Assembly: GCA_020343435.1 (NCBI GenBank)
Contig: CP070794.1
Location: 583,712-647,711 of the forward strand
Source: an archaeon
GTDB taxonomy: Archaea > Nanobdellota > Nanobdellia > Pacearchaeales > UBA284
DNA: 64,000 nt
Direction: 5' to 3'
Part shown: positions 27,352 through 36,542 of the stretch, piece by piece
How positions within the stretch are numbered: the stretch's first letter is position 1
Layout: the number at the start of each line of letters is the position of its first letter
Position numbers and translations under genes: made by a program
Notes under the pieces: generated by a model
Told to the model about the DNA's origin: nothing
What the model saw: only the letters and a program-made list of their open reading frames with translations
Database searches by the model: none

Positions 27352-27826
27352 TTTTTCCTAACTCCTTCTTTATAGTCTCAATAATCTCTTTTATTTTTTT
27401 ATTCTTATATTCCATGTATACTCTTTGGTCTGTTGGAAGTATTTTTTCTTCACATAAGATACCAACACCAGCATCTTTTATTCCCTTAACCACAGCATAA
27501 ATCCTAGATCCTTTAGTTGATCTTTGTAATCCTAAATCTAAAATTACCTTCCCAGTTTTTTTGTATTTCTTTCCTAAAACAAACCCGGTTAGATACGCAG
27601 CAGCAAGATTTTTGAATGTAATTGGCCAAGAATATTTCTTCAAACCTTTTGAATTGAAATATGCGACAGTTTTATCTTGTGCTTCTTTACTTTCTACAAT
27701 GTGTGCAATGATATACTTGTTTGTTTTTCTAACCACCAATCTTGGTAAGTTAGACTTAAGAAGATTAAATCTAGCCTTATAGTCTGTTTTGTTTTCTCTT
27801 CTTCTTTTAGCTCTTCTTATTCTCAT
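27344..27826 (-). CDS. rpl18: Ribosomal protein uL18
   Basis: It carries 'RRENKTDYKARFNLLKSNLPRLVVRKTNKYIIAHI'. Confidence 0.9.
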   Translation of the reverse strand: MRIRRAKRRRENKTDYKARFNLLKSNLPRLVVRKTNKYIIAHIVESKEAQDKTVAYFNSKGLKKYSWPITFKNLAAAYLTGFVLGKKYKKTGKVILDLGLQRSTKGSRIYAVVKGIKDAGVGILCEEKILPTDQRVYMEYKNKKIKEIIETIKKELGKNG

Positions 27827-28242
27827 TTTCCTATCTTAGTTTTTATATCTTTTATCTCAGTTATATACCCTCCTTTGATTAATTTCTTAATCTTAAGAAA
27901 TTCTTCTTTAGGGATTAATGGTTTAACCTTTTGAAGATAATCTCTTATCTTTCTTATTTTTTTAACATAAGTTTGTTTTCTTTTGTTTACTCTCTTTCTA
28001 ACTTTTCCAACTCCCCGTCTACGCCCCTTCTTCTTTCTTTCCAACTTCTTTTTATGCGCTCTTTTTTTAACTCCTCTAATGGGCCTCTTTTTTATTGCCT
28101 TATCTTTGATTAGTGTTACTATATCTTGTTTAGTTACAGCTTCTTTAATGTCATCCATTCTTTCAGGATCAAAATAAACTTTGTTTACTCCAACTTTCAT
28201 TACTCTTGCTGCCATTTGCTTTTGTGCTTGGAAAGTTTTCAT
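27823..28242 (-). CDS. rpl19e: Ribosomal protein eL19
   Basis: It carries 'QKQMAARVMKVGVNKVYFDP', an archaeal/eukaryotic-only protein. Confidence 0.9.
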   Translation of the reverse strand: MKTFQAQKQMAARVMKVGVNKVYFDPERMDDIKEAVTKQDIVTLIKDKAIKKRPIRGVKKRAHKKKLERKKKGRRRGVGKVRKRVNKRKQTYVKKIRKIRDYLQKVKPLIPKEEFLKIKKLIKGGYITEIKDIKTKIGK

Positions 28243-28643
28243 TTTTTGATATATTTTTCAGTTTTTATGTTTAAAATTTTTATTTTCTTTTCAAGAGCTT
28301 TCTTGATTATTTCGATTTTTTTCTTCTTTCCGAGTTTAGCTAAAATAATTTTTTCGCCATCTTTAATTCTTTTTAGTTCTTCAATGGAAGACACTTTTTT
28401 AATTAGAGTTTCTCCAATAAATCCTTTAATCTTCTTTGGGGATCCCCAACCAATTGAAGGTTGTCTTGAATAGCCCCCTTGTTTTTCTCTTATTTTATTA
28501 TCTCTTCCTCTTGGTCTTCTCCACTTCTGCTTTTTCTTTCTTTTCTTCCCTATTTTTGAGATTTTTTTACTATCTTTTCTCAAGAACTTAGGTTTTCTCT
28601 TCTTTACCTTTCTCCTTTGTTTTAATAGCTTTTTAGTTTCCAT
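28239..28643 (-). CDS. rpl32e: Ribosomal protein eL32
   Basis: It carries 'KWRRPRGRDNKIREKQGGY...PSIGWGSPKKIKG'. Confidence 0.88.
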   Translation of the reverse strand: METKKLLKQRRKVKKRKPKFLRKDSKKISKIGKKRKKKQKWRRPRGRDNKIREKQGGYSRQPSIGWGSPKKIKGFIGETLIKKVSSIEELKRIKDGEKIILAKLGKKKKIEIIKKALEKKIKILNIKTEKYIKK

Positions 28644-29184
28644 CGTGCCTTCCTTTCTCCTTTTTTACAATCCAAATCCCATCTTGAAATACTCTCCTAT
28701 CTTTTTCAACTATCCTTGAAATTTTTTCAATAATTGAAGCTTGCAATCCTGCTTTTTCCTTATTAATTGATCTAACATAAACATGATTTCCTTTAACTTC
28801 TATTTCAATCTCTGGCATTATATCAATAGTTTTCTCTTTTCTTTCTCCAAGGAAATTTTTAATAACAAGTTTATCTTTCTCAGCTTTAACATTCATTGGG
28901 AAATGTACAGAACATATCTCTAAAACATACTCATATTTCTTTTGAACACCTTTAATTAGATTAGCAATATGAGAAGCTAAACTATTCATTAATTTTTTAT
29001 CTTTTTTATTTGCCTTTCCTTTTTTAAGAATAATCTTCTTATCTTCAAAACTGATTTTAATTCCATCTAACTTAATTTTTCTTTTATCTTCTCCAAGAGG
29101 CCCTTTCAAATTTATGAAACCTCCATCTATCCTTGCCTGTATCCCCTCAGGAATATCTATAACTTTTTCTAGATCTTTCTTCAT
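28633..29184 (-). CDS. rpl6: Ribosomal protein uL6
   Basis: It shows the duplicated uL6 fold sequence. I placed the start at the internal ATG 29184 (MKKDLEKVIDIPEG), just after the uS8 stop. Confidence 0.88.
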   Translation of the reverse strand: MKKDLEKVIDIPEGIQARIDGGFINLKGPLGEDKRKIKLDGIKISFEDKKIILKKGKANKKDKKLMNSLASHIANLIKGVQKKYEYVLEICSVHFPMNVKAEKDKLVIKNFLGERKEKTIDIMPEIEIEVKGNHVYVRSINKEKAGLQASIIEKISRIVEKDRRVFQDGIWIVKKEKGRHDGN

Positions 29185-29185
29185 T

Positions 29186-29596
29186 TTAAAAACAATAAGC
29201 AACCAAGGATCCTCCTAATCCTTTTTCTATAGCTTCATGATGAGTCATTAGACCTTTACTTGTTGAAACAATGATTATCCCAACATCTCTTGCTGGTAAG
29301 AATCTTCTAATATACTTCTCAAATTCATTTTTCTTTACAAAAAATCTTGGTTTTATTGCTTGACATTCATTTAACTTTCCAATACTAATCTTAATCCTAT
29401 CAAACTTTTCTTTTTCTGTCTTAATTTCTTTAATATACCCTTCTTTCTTCATGATTTTTAATATGTTTAACAATAGTTTAGAACTAACTGGAACAGAAGT
29501 TTCCATCTTTCCAGCCTTTTTACAATTCATTAAATCATTCAAAACACTTGAAACCCAATCTTTTACTACCATTTTAACTATATTTTTTAAAGCCAA
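29186..29596 (-). CDS. rps8: Ribosomal protein uS8
   Basis: It carries '[16 protein letters not shown]' and '[17 protein letters not shown]'. Confidence 0.9.
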   Translation of the reverse strand: MALKNIVKMVVKDWVSSVLNDLMNCKKAGKMETSVPVSSKLLLNILKIMKKEGYIKEIKTEKEKFDRIKISIGKLNECQAIKPRFFVKKNEFEKYIRRFLPARDVGIIIVSTSKGLMTHHEAIEKGLGGSLVAYCF

Positions 29597-29804
29597 GACT
29601 TTCAGCTATTTCTCTAAAGCAATGTCTACATAGATGTAATCCATATTTACTAATATGTGCTCCAAATCTCCCACATCTTCCACATTTTCTTGCAGCAATT
29701 CCAATTTTCCTCTCTTTTGGTTTACAAAACTTTAGGAATTTCTCTTTAACAGCTGGCTTTGCATTTAATTGTTTGAGTATTTTTTTCCAATCACTTGCAG
29801 TCAT
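29574..29804 (-). CDS. rps14: Ribosomal protein uS14 (zinc-ribbon type)
   Basis: It carries '[25 protein letters not shown]' (CxxC...CxxC). It overlaps uL5 through an ATGA junction. At 76 aa it is longer than typical archaeal uS14. Confidence 0.88.
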   Translation of the reverse strand: MTASDWKKILKQLNAKPAVKEKFLKFCKPKERKIGIAARKCGRCGRFGAHISKYGLHLCRHCFREIAESLGFKKYS

Positions 29805-30304
29805 TTTAATTTAACCTCAAAATTTTGCTTGAAAAATTCAATAGTTTCTTCTTGACTTATTTTATGTTTATTTCCAATTTTACTTCTCTTTCTCTTTCTT
29901 TCATCAATCTTAAATCCTTTTCTAGCTAAAACTGCTGTGACATCAAATCCTAGAATTCCAATATCTCTCCTGAATTCTATTGCTTGAATTTCAATGTACT
30001 CTTTAATTCCGAAATTTAGATACCCTTCTCCAAAATTATCTTCTTCAAGCTCTGTGATACCAGTCAACACTGTTTTCAAAACTCTTGCAGCATCAGCTTT
30101 TCTTAATGTGACTTTACATCCTATTGGTAATCCTGGTCTGACTTTGAATGTAGGGATTCTTTTTCTTGCTTTTGTTTTGATTGGTTTTTTACCTGAGATC
30201 AACTTTAGCAAATTCATATACCTCTCTAATTTTTGCTGGTCAGCAGTAGAACAATGTAAAACTACTTTATCCAATTCTAACTGAAACATTTTATTTGAAC
30301 TCAT
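29801..30304 (-). CDS. rpl5: Ribosomal protein uL5
   Basis: It carries '[27 protein letters not shown]'. Confidence 0.9.
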   Translation of the reverse strand: MSSNKMFQLELDKVVLHCSTADQQKLERYMNLLKLISGKKPIKTKARKRIPTFKVRPGLPIGCKVTLRKADAARVLKTVLTGITELEEDNFGEGYLNFGIKEYIEIQAIEFRRDIGILGFDVTAVLARKGFKIDERKRKRSKIGNKHKISQEETIEFFKQNFEVKLK

Positions 30305-30956
30305 TTTCTTCTACAACATATAGGTTTTCAGATGACATCTCTTTCTCTTCATCATCCAATTTAATTTTAACTTTTTTATCTTTAACATTTGTAACTTTTC
30401 CATACTTTCCAGCATTCTTACCTTTTATCAAAAATGCTGTTGCTCCTTTTTCTAAAGGTAAAACCTTTCCTATTTTCTTATTTTTTATGTCTAATAGTAA
30501 ACTATCTCCAACTTTGATCTTATTTTCTTTTAAAATTAAGTTATATCCTTCTTCAAAATTAAGTTGCATCTTTTTTTTCTTCAGAATTCTTTTTCCAATA
30601 ACTTTTGTTGGTCTTAATCCATATCTTTTAGTATCTATCCCCTTAACTTTTAATTTTCCTCTTTCATCCAAATGAAGAGTAAAGTGTTTCTTCAATTCTT
30701 TTATGAAAATTCTATCAAATAATGCTACCGGAAACTTTTCATCTTTCACAATTTTACCATTAACCTCCACATGTCCTGCTTTAATTGCTTTTTTTGCTTC
30801 TCTAAACGTGCTAACTTCTTTTAGTAAGTCTCTCAGGAACACAACCAGAGCAACACTTCTTTCTTTTATCTTTCCTGGCCTTTGTGCTACTATGAAATTC
30901 TTTTCTTTCCTTGCTATTGGCCAAGGTTTGGGCATTGTTATCCTTTTTATGTGCAT
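30291..30956 (-). CDS. rps4e: Ribosomal protein eS4
   Basis: It begins 'MHIKRITMPKPWPIARKE', and a KOW-like region follows. Confidence 0.9.
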   Translation of the reverse strand: MHIKRITMPKPWPIARKEKNFIVAQRPGKIKERSVALVVFLRDLLKEVSTFREAKKAIKAGHVEVNGKIVKDEKFPVALFDRIFIKELKKHFTLHLDERGKLKVKGIDTKRYGLRPTKVIGKRILKKKKMQLNFEEGYNLILKENKIKVGDSLLLDIKNKKIGKVLPLEKGATAFLIKGKNAGKYGKVTNVKDKKVKIKLDDEEKEMSSENLYVVEENEFK

Positions 30957-30957
30957 T

Positions 30958-31341
30958 TTATCCCCGTGTTTTCTTCAATCGCTTATTATCATCTAAATTT
31001 AATTCTTTTATTTGTAAATTTGAAGCATCAAAATGAACATTTACTTTAGTTCCATCTTTTTTAGATATCTGAATTCCTTCAATATTTATTCTATATTTTT
31101 TTAGATCAACTTTTGCTATTTTTCCTTCCCTCTTTCTGAATCTCCCAACCATAATCTTAACAAGATCGCCTTTTCTTGGTTCAACACTTCTTATTTTATA
31201 TTTTGATCTTAAATCTTTATCCAAATTTACTTTGACTAACTTATGTCTTGTTTTATTATCAGCTTTGTGTCTATACTTTCTTTGCTTTTTCTTGTTCTTA
31301 CTTGATTTCCATGCTTTTGAAAATAATCTCATTTTAAACAA
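30958..31341 (-). CDS. rpl24: Ribosomal protein uL24
   Basis: It carries the KOW motif 'KGDLVKIMVGRFRKREGKI'. The start could instead be ATG 31332. Confidence 0.88.
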   Translation of the reverse strand: MFKMRLFSKAWKSSKNKKKQRKYRHKADNKTRHKLVKVNLDKDLRSKYKIRSVEPRKGDLVKIMVGRFRKREGKIAKVDLKKYRINIEGIQISKKDGTKVNVHFDASNLQIKELNLDDNKRLKKTRG

Positions 31342-31735
31342 TCACTCCTGCAATTTTAGCTATAAATGGCCATCTATCTGTAACTTCTCTAGCTACAGGC
31401 CCTTTAGTTTGGGTTCCTTTAGGATTTCCTGCAGTATCTTTCAATAATACAACAGCATTACTCTCAAAACATATTCTTTCTCCTGTTAATCTCCTATATG
31501 GTTTCTTTTGTCTTACTACAACTGCCCAAAAAACCTGTTTTCTTACATCTTTATTCCCCTCTTTTACCGAAACCTTCACTAATGCACCAACACCACAAGC
31601 AATCTGTCTACCTTTTCTACTTTTTCCTTTTTTTACTGCTATGATCCTGGCTTTTTTTGCTCCGCTGTTATCAGCGACATCAACTGTTGCCCCCAGGTTC
31701 AAGCTTTTTATTATCCTTGCTTTTAACGCTTTCAT
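31334..31735 (-). CDS. rpl14: Ribosomal protein uL14
   Basis: It carries 'VDVADNSGAKKARIIAV'. Confidence 0.92.
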   Translation of the reverse strand: MKALKARIIKSLNLGATVDVADNSGAKKARIIAVKKGKSRKGRQIACGVGALVKVSVKEGNKDVRKQVFWAVVVRQKKPYRRLTGERICFESNAVVLLKDTAGNPKGTQTKGPVAREVTDRWPFIAKIAGVIV

Positions 31736-32043
31736 TTTATTTTTTCTGTTACAACAAAATGTACAATTTTGCTTAAAGGTCTACATTCTGTTATTTTTAT
31801 TATATTTCCCACTTTCAATTGCTTAAGCATACATTCTGGGATATGGGCATGTAATTTGGTTTTTGCTTTTGCATATCTATCATATTTTGGATAGTAAAGA
31901 GATCTTTCAAACCCTATTGCTGCCCTACTTCCAATAATCTTTATGATGTTTCCTTTGAATGTTCTCCCTCTTGCGCTAAGTTTGCCATGAAATGGGCAAT
32001 TTTTATCCCTACAAGGACTTTCTTTCTTTGTTTTCTTTTCCAT
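31732..32043 (-). CDS. rps17: Ribosomal protein uS17
   Basis: It carries 'CPFHGKLSARGRTFKGNIIK' and 'HIPECMLKQLKVGNIIKITECRPLSK'. Confidence 0.9.
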   Translation of the reverse strand: MEKKTKKESPCRDKNCPFHGKLSARGRTFKGNIIKIIGSRAAIGFERSLYYPKYDRYAKAKTKLHAHIPECMLKQLKVGNIIKITECRPLSKIVHFVVTEKIK

Positions 32044-32047
32044 TTTC

Positions 32048-32341
32048 TTATCTTTCTATGGTTTCCTTATTGAATCCAAGCTTTTGGAGTTTTTCTATCA
32101 CTTTCTTCACATGTTCTCCTTGTAACTCGATTCTCTTGTCTTTCACTGTTCCTCCACAGGCAAGCTCTTCTTTAAGTTGCTTTGCAACTTTTTTTGTATC
32201 CTGCGTTATTCCATCAATAATGGTTACTTTCTTTCTGTACTTTCTCTCTGCAACAGAAATTTTTATTTTCTGTTGGCTTTTTTCTAGTTCTCCACAAATG
32301 CAAGTTTCTTTCGGCAAACCACATTTAGGACATATATCCAT
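32048..32341 (-). CDS. Translation initiation factor SUI1 (aIF1)
   Basis: An N-terminal zinc knuckle 'CPKCGLPKETCIC' precedes the SUI1 fold ('KKVTIIDGI...LKEELACGGTVKD'). Confidence 0.85.
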   Translation of the reverse strand: MDICPKCGLPKETCICGELEKSQQKIKISVAERKYRKKVTIIDGITQDTKKVAKQLKEELACGGTVKDKRIELQGEHVKKVIEKLQKLGFNKETIER

Positions 32342-32342
32342 C

Positions 32343-32534
32343 TTATTTTATATCTTTAAGCTTAGCATGAATTCTGGCTATTGTTTTTTTAATTTCTTTG
32401 ATTCTTTTAGTACCAGCTGTTGCTTGACCACCCTTGGCTTTTGTTTTTAAGATTTCAAACTTTAATTGTTTTAACCTTTCTTCTAGTTCTTCTTTATTCA
32501 AATGTCTTATTTCACTTTTTCTTATTACGGCCAT
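32343..32534 (-). CDS. rpl29: Ribosomal protein uL29
   Basis: The 63-aa protein carries 'LNKEELEERLKQLKFEILK'. Confidence 0.88.
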   Translation of the reverse strand: MAVIRKSEIRHLNKEELEERLKQLKFEILKTKAKGGQATAGTKRIKEIKKTIARIHAKLKDIK

Positions 32535-33180
32535 TTTTCTTTTTTTCTTCTTTTTTTATTTCTTCTTTGATTTCTTCCTTTATTTTAGTATAATCTATAT
32601 CAATTTTATCCGGGATTTTAGTATCTCTAGGAACTATTGAAACTTTTACTCCAACAACTCCTGGTTTTGTTTTTGCTATTGCAAGTTTTTTATTTACAAT
32701 GAATCTGCTTTCCCCAGTCTTTTTCAAATAACCGAATGCAAATCTATGTGATTTTGCTCTTTCACTTGGTAATCTTCCACTTAACCTTATTTCAGCTCCC
32801 AAGGCTCCAGCTTTCATTAACCTATCTAATTCTCTATATGCAATCAACTTGAAACTTAATTGTCCGAATCTTTCTAATGCAACCGCAATCCTATCTGCGA
32901 TTGTTGCAGCATCAAATTCAGGATTTTCTACTTCAAGAACCTCTATCTGAGGATTTTCTAATTTGAATCTTCTTTTTAATATTGTTGTTAGTCCCTGGAT
33001 ATTTTCTCCAGCTCTTCCAATAACAATTCCTCTTCTTGTTGTTGTAATCACAATCTTTTCACCAACAGGAGTTCTTTCTATCCTTACTTCGCTGATTTTT
33101 CCTTTTCCAAATTTCTTCTTTATGAATTCTTTTATTTCAAATTCTTGTTTCTTGGATTCTATGAATTTTTTTTCAATCAT
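32512..33180 (-). CDS. rps3: Ribosomal protein uS3 (K/E-rich C-terminal tail)
   Basis: It has a KH domain ('VIGRAGENIQGL') and a C-terminal low-complexity tail 'KIKEEIKEEIKKEEKKKNGRNKKK'. Confidence 0.9.
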   Translation of the reverse strand: MIEKKFIESKKQEFEIKEFIKKKFGKGKISEVRIERTPVGEKIVITTTRRGIVIGRAGENIQGLTTILKRRFKLENPQIEVLEVENPEFDAATIADRIAVALERFGQLSFKLIAYRELDRLMKAGALGAEIRLSGRLPSERAKSHRFAFGYLKKTGESRFIVNKKLAIAKTKPGVVGVKVSIVPRDTKIPDKIDIDYTKIKEEIKEEIKKEEKKKNGRNKKK

Positions 33181-33794
33181 TTTTCTTTTGCTTCAATTAT
33201 GAAATGAGTTCTTTTAAATTGTTTAGGGCCATAAGCTAATCTTGTTCCTCTTCTTGGTCTATTAGCTAGATTTGCCTTTGCTAGTGTGATATACATTTTA
33301 TCAACTGCCAATAATTTAAATTTAGCATTTCCAATTAAATTCTTTAATGCTTTTATGAAATATCTTGAAGCTTTAACAGGATATCTTCCTGCTGGTTTTC
33401 CTTTAACTTTATGTTTTCTGTGTGGGATCTCCCCTTTCATTGGAATTGGCAATCTTTTTGCTATAACTTTTTCCAATAATGTTATACATTCTTGTGGATT
33501 TTTATGTTTGATGAATCTACAAATAGCAATTGAGTGTTTTGTTGAGATTGGAATATTTTTGAAGTGAACACTTGCTTTTCTTTCTCCTTTTGGGGGTATT
33601 TTCTTTGGTTCAGGTTTCTTCTCTTCTTTCTTTTCCTCTGCTGGTTTTTCTTCACTAGTTGGTTTTGGTTTCTCTTCCTTTTTTTCAACAGGTTTTGTTT
33701 CTGTTTTCTTTTCAGTTTCTGGTTTTATTTCTTTCTTCTCTTTAATTTGTTCTTTTTTCTCAACTTTTTCTGGTTTTTTCTTTTCTTCAGTCAT
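33177..33794 (-). CDS. rpl22: Ribosomal protein uL22 with about 75-aa K/E/P-rich N-terminal extension
   Basis: The uL22 core starts near 'ASVHFKNIPISTKHSIAICRFIK'. An extension 'MTEEKKKPEKVEKKEQIKEKKEIKPETEKK...' precedes it. Confidence 0.88.
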   Translation of the reverse strand: MTEEKKKPEKVEKKEQIKEKKEIKPETEKKTETKPVEKKEEKPKPTSEEKPAEEKKEEKKPEPKKIPPKGERKASVHFKNIPISTKHSIAICRFIKHKNPQECITLLEKVIAKRLPIPMKGEIPHRKHKVKGKPAGRYPVKASRYFIKALKNLIGNAKFKLLAVDKMYITLAKANLANRPRRGTRLAYGPKQFKRTHFIIEAKEK

Positions 33795-33796
33795 TT

Positions 33797-34183
33797 TTAT
33801 TTAACAGACAAGAAGGATGTACTTCTTGTAGCTCCAATACCTGGAGCACCGTGTTTAACTTGGCCTCTTGTTGGAACAAACTCTCCTAATCTATGTCCTA
33901 ACATTTGTTCAGATATTTTAACATCAACAAAACTTTTACCACTATGAACCTTGATAGTTAACCCAACCATTCTTGGGATGATTATAAGATCTCTTAAATG
34001 AGTTTTAATTGGTTTCTTCTTATCTATCTTCTTTTGAATTCTTTTTAGGAAATTCTCAAAAACATCAACATTTCTTATTAATGATCTTCTTTCTCTTGAT
34101 TTTAAGAGATTTGCAAATTCTCTTAAGTCCATTTTCTTTAATTCTTCAAGACTTTTTCCTCTGAATTTTATTTCTTTTGCCAT
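33797..34183 (-). CDS. rps19: Ribosomal protein uS19
   Basis: It carries '[31 protein letters not shown]'. Confidence 0.92.
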   Translation of the reverse strand: MAKEIKFRGKSLEELKKMDLREFANLLKSRERRSLIRNVDVFENFLKRIQKKIDKKKPIKTHLRDLIIIPRMVGLTIKVHSGKSFVDVKISEQMLGHRLGEFVPTRGQVKHGAPGIGATRSTSFLSVK

Positions 34184-34184
34184 T

Positions 34185-34886
34185 TTACTTTTTCTTTCCA
34201 GTTTTTCTTGGTCTTAAATGACCAACTTTAGCTCCTGGAGGAGCATTTCTCTTTGCAATTTTACTTTTAATTCTTTTTCCTCTTCCTGAACCAAAAGGAT
34301 GATCGGTAGCATTCATCTTAACTGCAGAAGATCTTGGATAAACTCTTGCTCCAACAGACCTCATTTTATGATATCTACTTCCAGCTTTAACAAATGGTTT
34401 TTCTCTTCTTCCTGCACCAGCAATTGTTCCAACAGTTACTCTAATTTTTGGATTCATTTTCTTCTCTCTTTTTGAGGGCATTAAAACTGTTATTAAATTT
34501 TTATCTTTCTTTATGATTCTTGCAGCTATTCCACTTGTTCTTACTAACTTTCCGTTACTTCCTGGAAAAGATTCTATGTTAAAAACCATGGTTCCAATTG
34601 GAAGGTCTTTTAATTGAACAATATTCCCCCCCTCAGTTCCTTGTCCAATTATGATTTTTTGACCTTCTTGTAAATTTTGGGCAGCAATATTATAGTAAAC
34701 TTTTCCATTAAACATAATCTTAGCAATTGGGGCGCTATATCCTGTTATATTTATTAATTTTAACACTTCTGCAGAACCAGTTTTACCTAAATCAGGATAT
34801 TGTAATCCTATTCTGAATGATCTTTTCTTAGATCTATATCTTGAACTTCCTTTTCCTCGTGCTTGTTGTATGATCCTTTTTCCCAT
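34185..34886 (-). CDS. rpl2: Ribosomal protein uL2
   Basis: It carries '[16 protein letters not shown]'. Confidence 0.95.
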   Translation of the reverse strand: MGKRIIQQARGKGSSRYRSKKRSFRIGLQYPDLGKTGSAEVLKLINITGYSAPIAKIMFNGKVYYNIAAQNLQEGQKIIIGQGTEGGNIVQLKDLPIGTMVFNIESFPGSNGKLVRTSGIAARIIKKDKNLITVLMPSKREKKMNPKIRVTVGTIAGAGRREKPFVKAGSRYHKMRSVGARVYPRSSAVKMNATDHPFGSGRGKRIKSKIAKRNAPPGAKVGHLRPRKTGKKK

Positions 34887-34888
34887 TT

Positions 34889-35134
34889 TTACATAATTCC
34901 GAGTTTAGTTGCAATCTCAATTGCTGGAGATCCTTTTTTTAGTTTGATCATTGCAATTTTTTTATTATCTTTGATGTAAGTATTCATACTTTCCACTTTT
35001 GATTTGAAAGTTTTTTCTAATTCTTCTTTAATCTCTTTCTTCTTAGCATTTCTTTTAACTACAAAAACGATTTTATTCTCCAATTCAATCATTCTCAATA
35101 CTTTTTCTGATGTTACAGGTTCTAACAATATCAT
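34889..35134 (-). CDS. rpl23: Ribosomal protein uL23
   Basis: The 81-aa protein carries 'VTSEKVLRMIELENKIVFVV'. Confidence 0.88.
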   Translation of the reverse strand: MILLEPVTSEKVLRMIELENKIVFVVKRNAKKKEIKEELEKTFKSKVESMNTYIKDNKKIAMIKLKKGSPAIEIATKLGIM

Positions 35135-35757
35135 TTTTTCAAATAGTCTGGAATTTGGAATTTATTAAACTCTTCAAATAAGTTTTTACCATACATTAAA
35201 CGAGAGAAACATTCTGCTTCAAGTTTAGCATCTTCCAATGCGTTGTGTGTTTTTCTTTTAGGATACTCAGACATCCCCACAAATTCTAATATGTGTCTTA
35301 ACCCCATATCTGTATAATCTTTATTAGTTAAAAATTTTCCATGAACTTCAAAATATTTCATTAGAGCCATTGTATCAATATCCATACATCTATGATAAAA
35401 TGGAACTTCCAAACCATATTTTTCAAATTTTGCCCAGAAGAAAGAATAATCAAACTGGGGATTTTGACAAACAAAGTTTTTTATTCTAACTGTTTTAATC
35501 CATTCCGCAAAATGTTCTAACATTTCTTTTTCAGATTGTTTTTTTGGGTCTCTCATCTCTTCTTCAGTCATCCCTAAAATTTCTGTGACTTTTCTAGGAT
35601 CAACTAAGTTGGTCTTGTTAAATATTCCGTCTTCATCGCTTAATCTCGCTTTTTCGCGAAAGATGTTTTTAGGATTCTCCAAATCAACAGCCCCTATTTC
35701 AAGGATTCCTGCTCTGTTATATCCTGTTCCACTTGTTTCAATATCTACACAAATCAT
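35131..35757 (-). CDS. DEDDh-type 3'-5' exonuclease (DnaQ/RNase T superfamily) embedded in the r-protein operon
   Basis: Exo I is 'VDIETSG...EIGAV', Exo II is 'QNPQFDYSFF' and Exo III is 'HNALEDAKLEAECF'. It has 4-nt ATGA overlaps with both uL4 (upstream) and uL23 (downstream). Confidence 0.8.
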   Translation of the reverse strand: MICVDIETSGTGYNRAGILEIGAVDLENPKNIFREKARLSDEDGIFNKTNLVDPRKVTEILGMTEEEMRDPKKQSEKEMLEHFAEWIKTVRIKNFVCQNPQFDYSFFWAKFEKYGLEVPFYHRCMDIDTMALMKYFEVHGKFLTNKDYTDMGLRHILEFVGMSEYPKRKTHNALEDAKLEAECFSRLMYGKNLFEEFNKFQIPDYLKK

Positions 35758-36542
35758 TTTTTCTCTTCCTTAATTTTATTTATTCTTTTATCTAAATCTT
35801 GAATAGCTTGTTCAGAATAAACTGTTAATCTTCCTGGAATTCCTCCTGAAGCAAGTTCTTTTACTGAAACTTTTCCAGCTTTTACAGTCTCAATTCCATA
35901 GTTATTTAGTTTATTTTTCTCATTATTTCCAGTTATTAATAATAAAGAATAACTTTTTTTGTATTTCCTTCCCCTCATCTTTCCTTTTCCAGGTCTTACT
36001 TTTCTAACTCTTTCTACTTTTATCTTAGTTAAATCTTCTAAAAATTTCTTTATCTCTTTATTCTTCTTTTTTAATTCATCAGAACTAATTACTAATGGCA
36101 AAACACAAGTTATTTTCTTCTTTTCATACTTCTTTTGAACACATTTTTTATCAGCAGTTGCAGCAATTGCGCATTTTAATGCCAATTCTTTTTCTTTTTT
36201 ATTTATCTTTAAGGATTTTCTTATTGCCTTTGGGGGGTGTGCCCTTCTTCCACCAACAACACCTGGAATAAATGTTCCAATCCAGTAATACTGTTCTCCT
36301 CTCTTAATTATGAACTTTCTAGGAATTCTTGAAACTCCTCTTCCAGCTAATGTTTTCCATTTTCCTCTTCTATGTCTTTGTTTTCCTGCAGAAGATTGTT
36401 TTCCTGCTAAGATATATGCTCCATAAGGTTGGTGTTTTAAACTTGAAACATAAGCTCTAAAGATAAGATCATCTCTAATTTTTTGTTCAAAAAACTTAGG
36501 CAATGCAATTTCTTTATTTCCTGGATTTATTTTAGCTTTCAT
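35754..36542 (-). CDS. rpl4: Ribosomal protein uL4
   Basis: It carries 'AGKQRHRRGKWKTLAGRGVSRIPR'. Confidence 0.92.
   Translation of the reverse strand: MKAKINPGNKEIALPKFFEQKIRDDLIFRAYVSSLKHQPYGAYILAGKQSSAGKQRHRRGKWKTLAGRGVSRIPRKFIIKRGEQYYWIGTFIPGVVGGRRAHPPKAIRKSLKINKKEKELALKCAIAATADKKCVQKKYEKKKITCVLPLVISSDELKKKNKEIKKFLEDLTKIKVERVRKVRPGKGKMRGRKYKKSYSLLLITGNNEKNKLNNYGIETVKAGKVSVKELASGGIPGRLTVYSEQAIQDLDKRINKIKEEKK

Noticed and set aside
28126-33947. Long plus-strand track ORFs inside the ribosomal operon (e.g. 28126-28473, 30295-30675, 31992-32450, 33564-33947)
   Set aside because: They are antisense to well-supported ribosomal protein genes. Their Phe/Leu/Ser-rich low-complexity translations are what Lys/Glu-rich genes give when read backwards.
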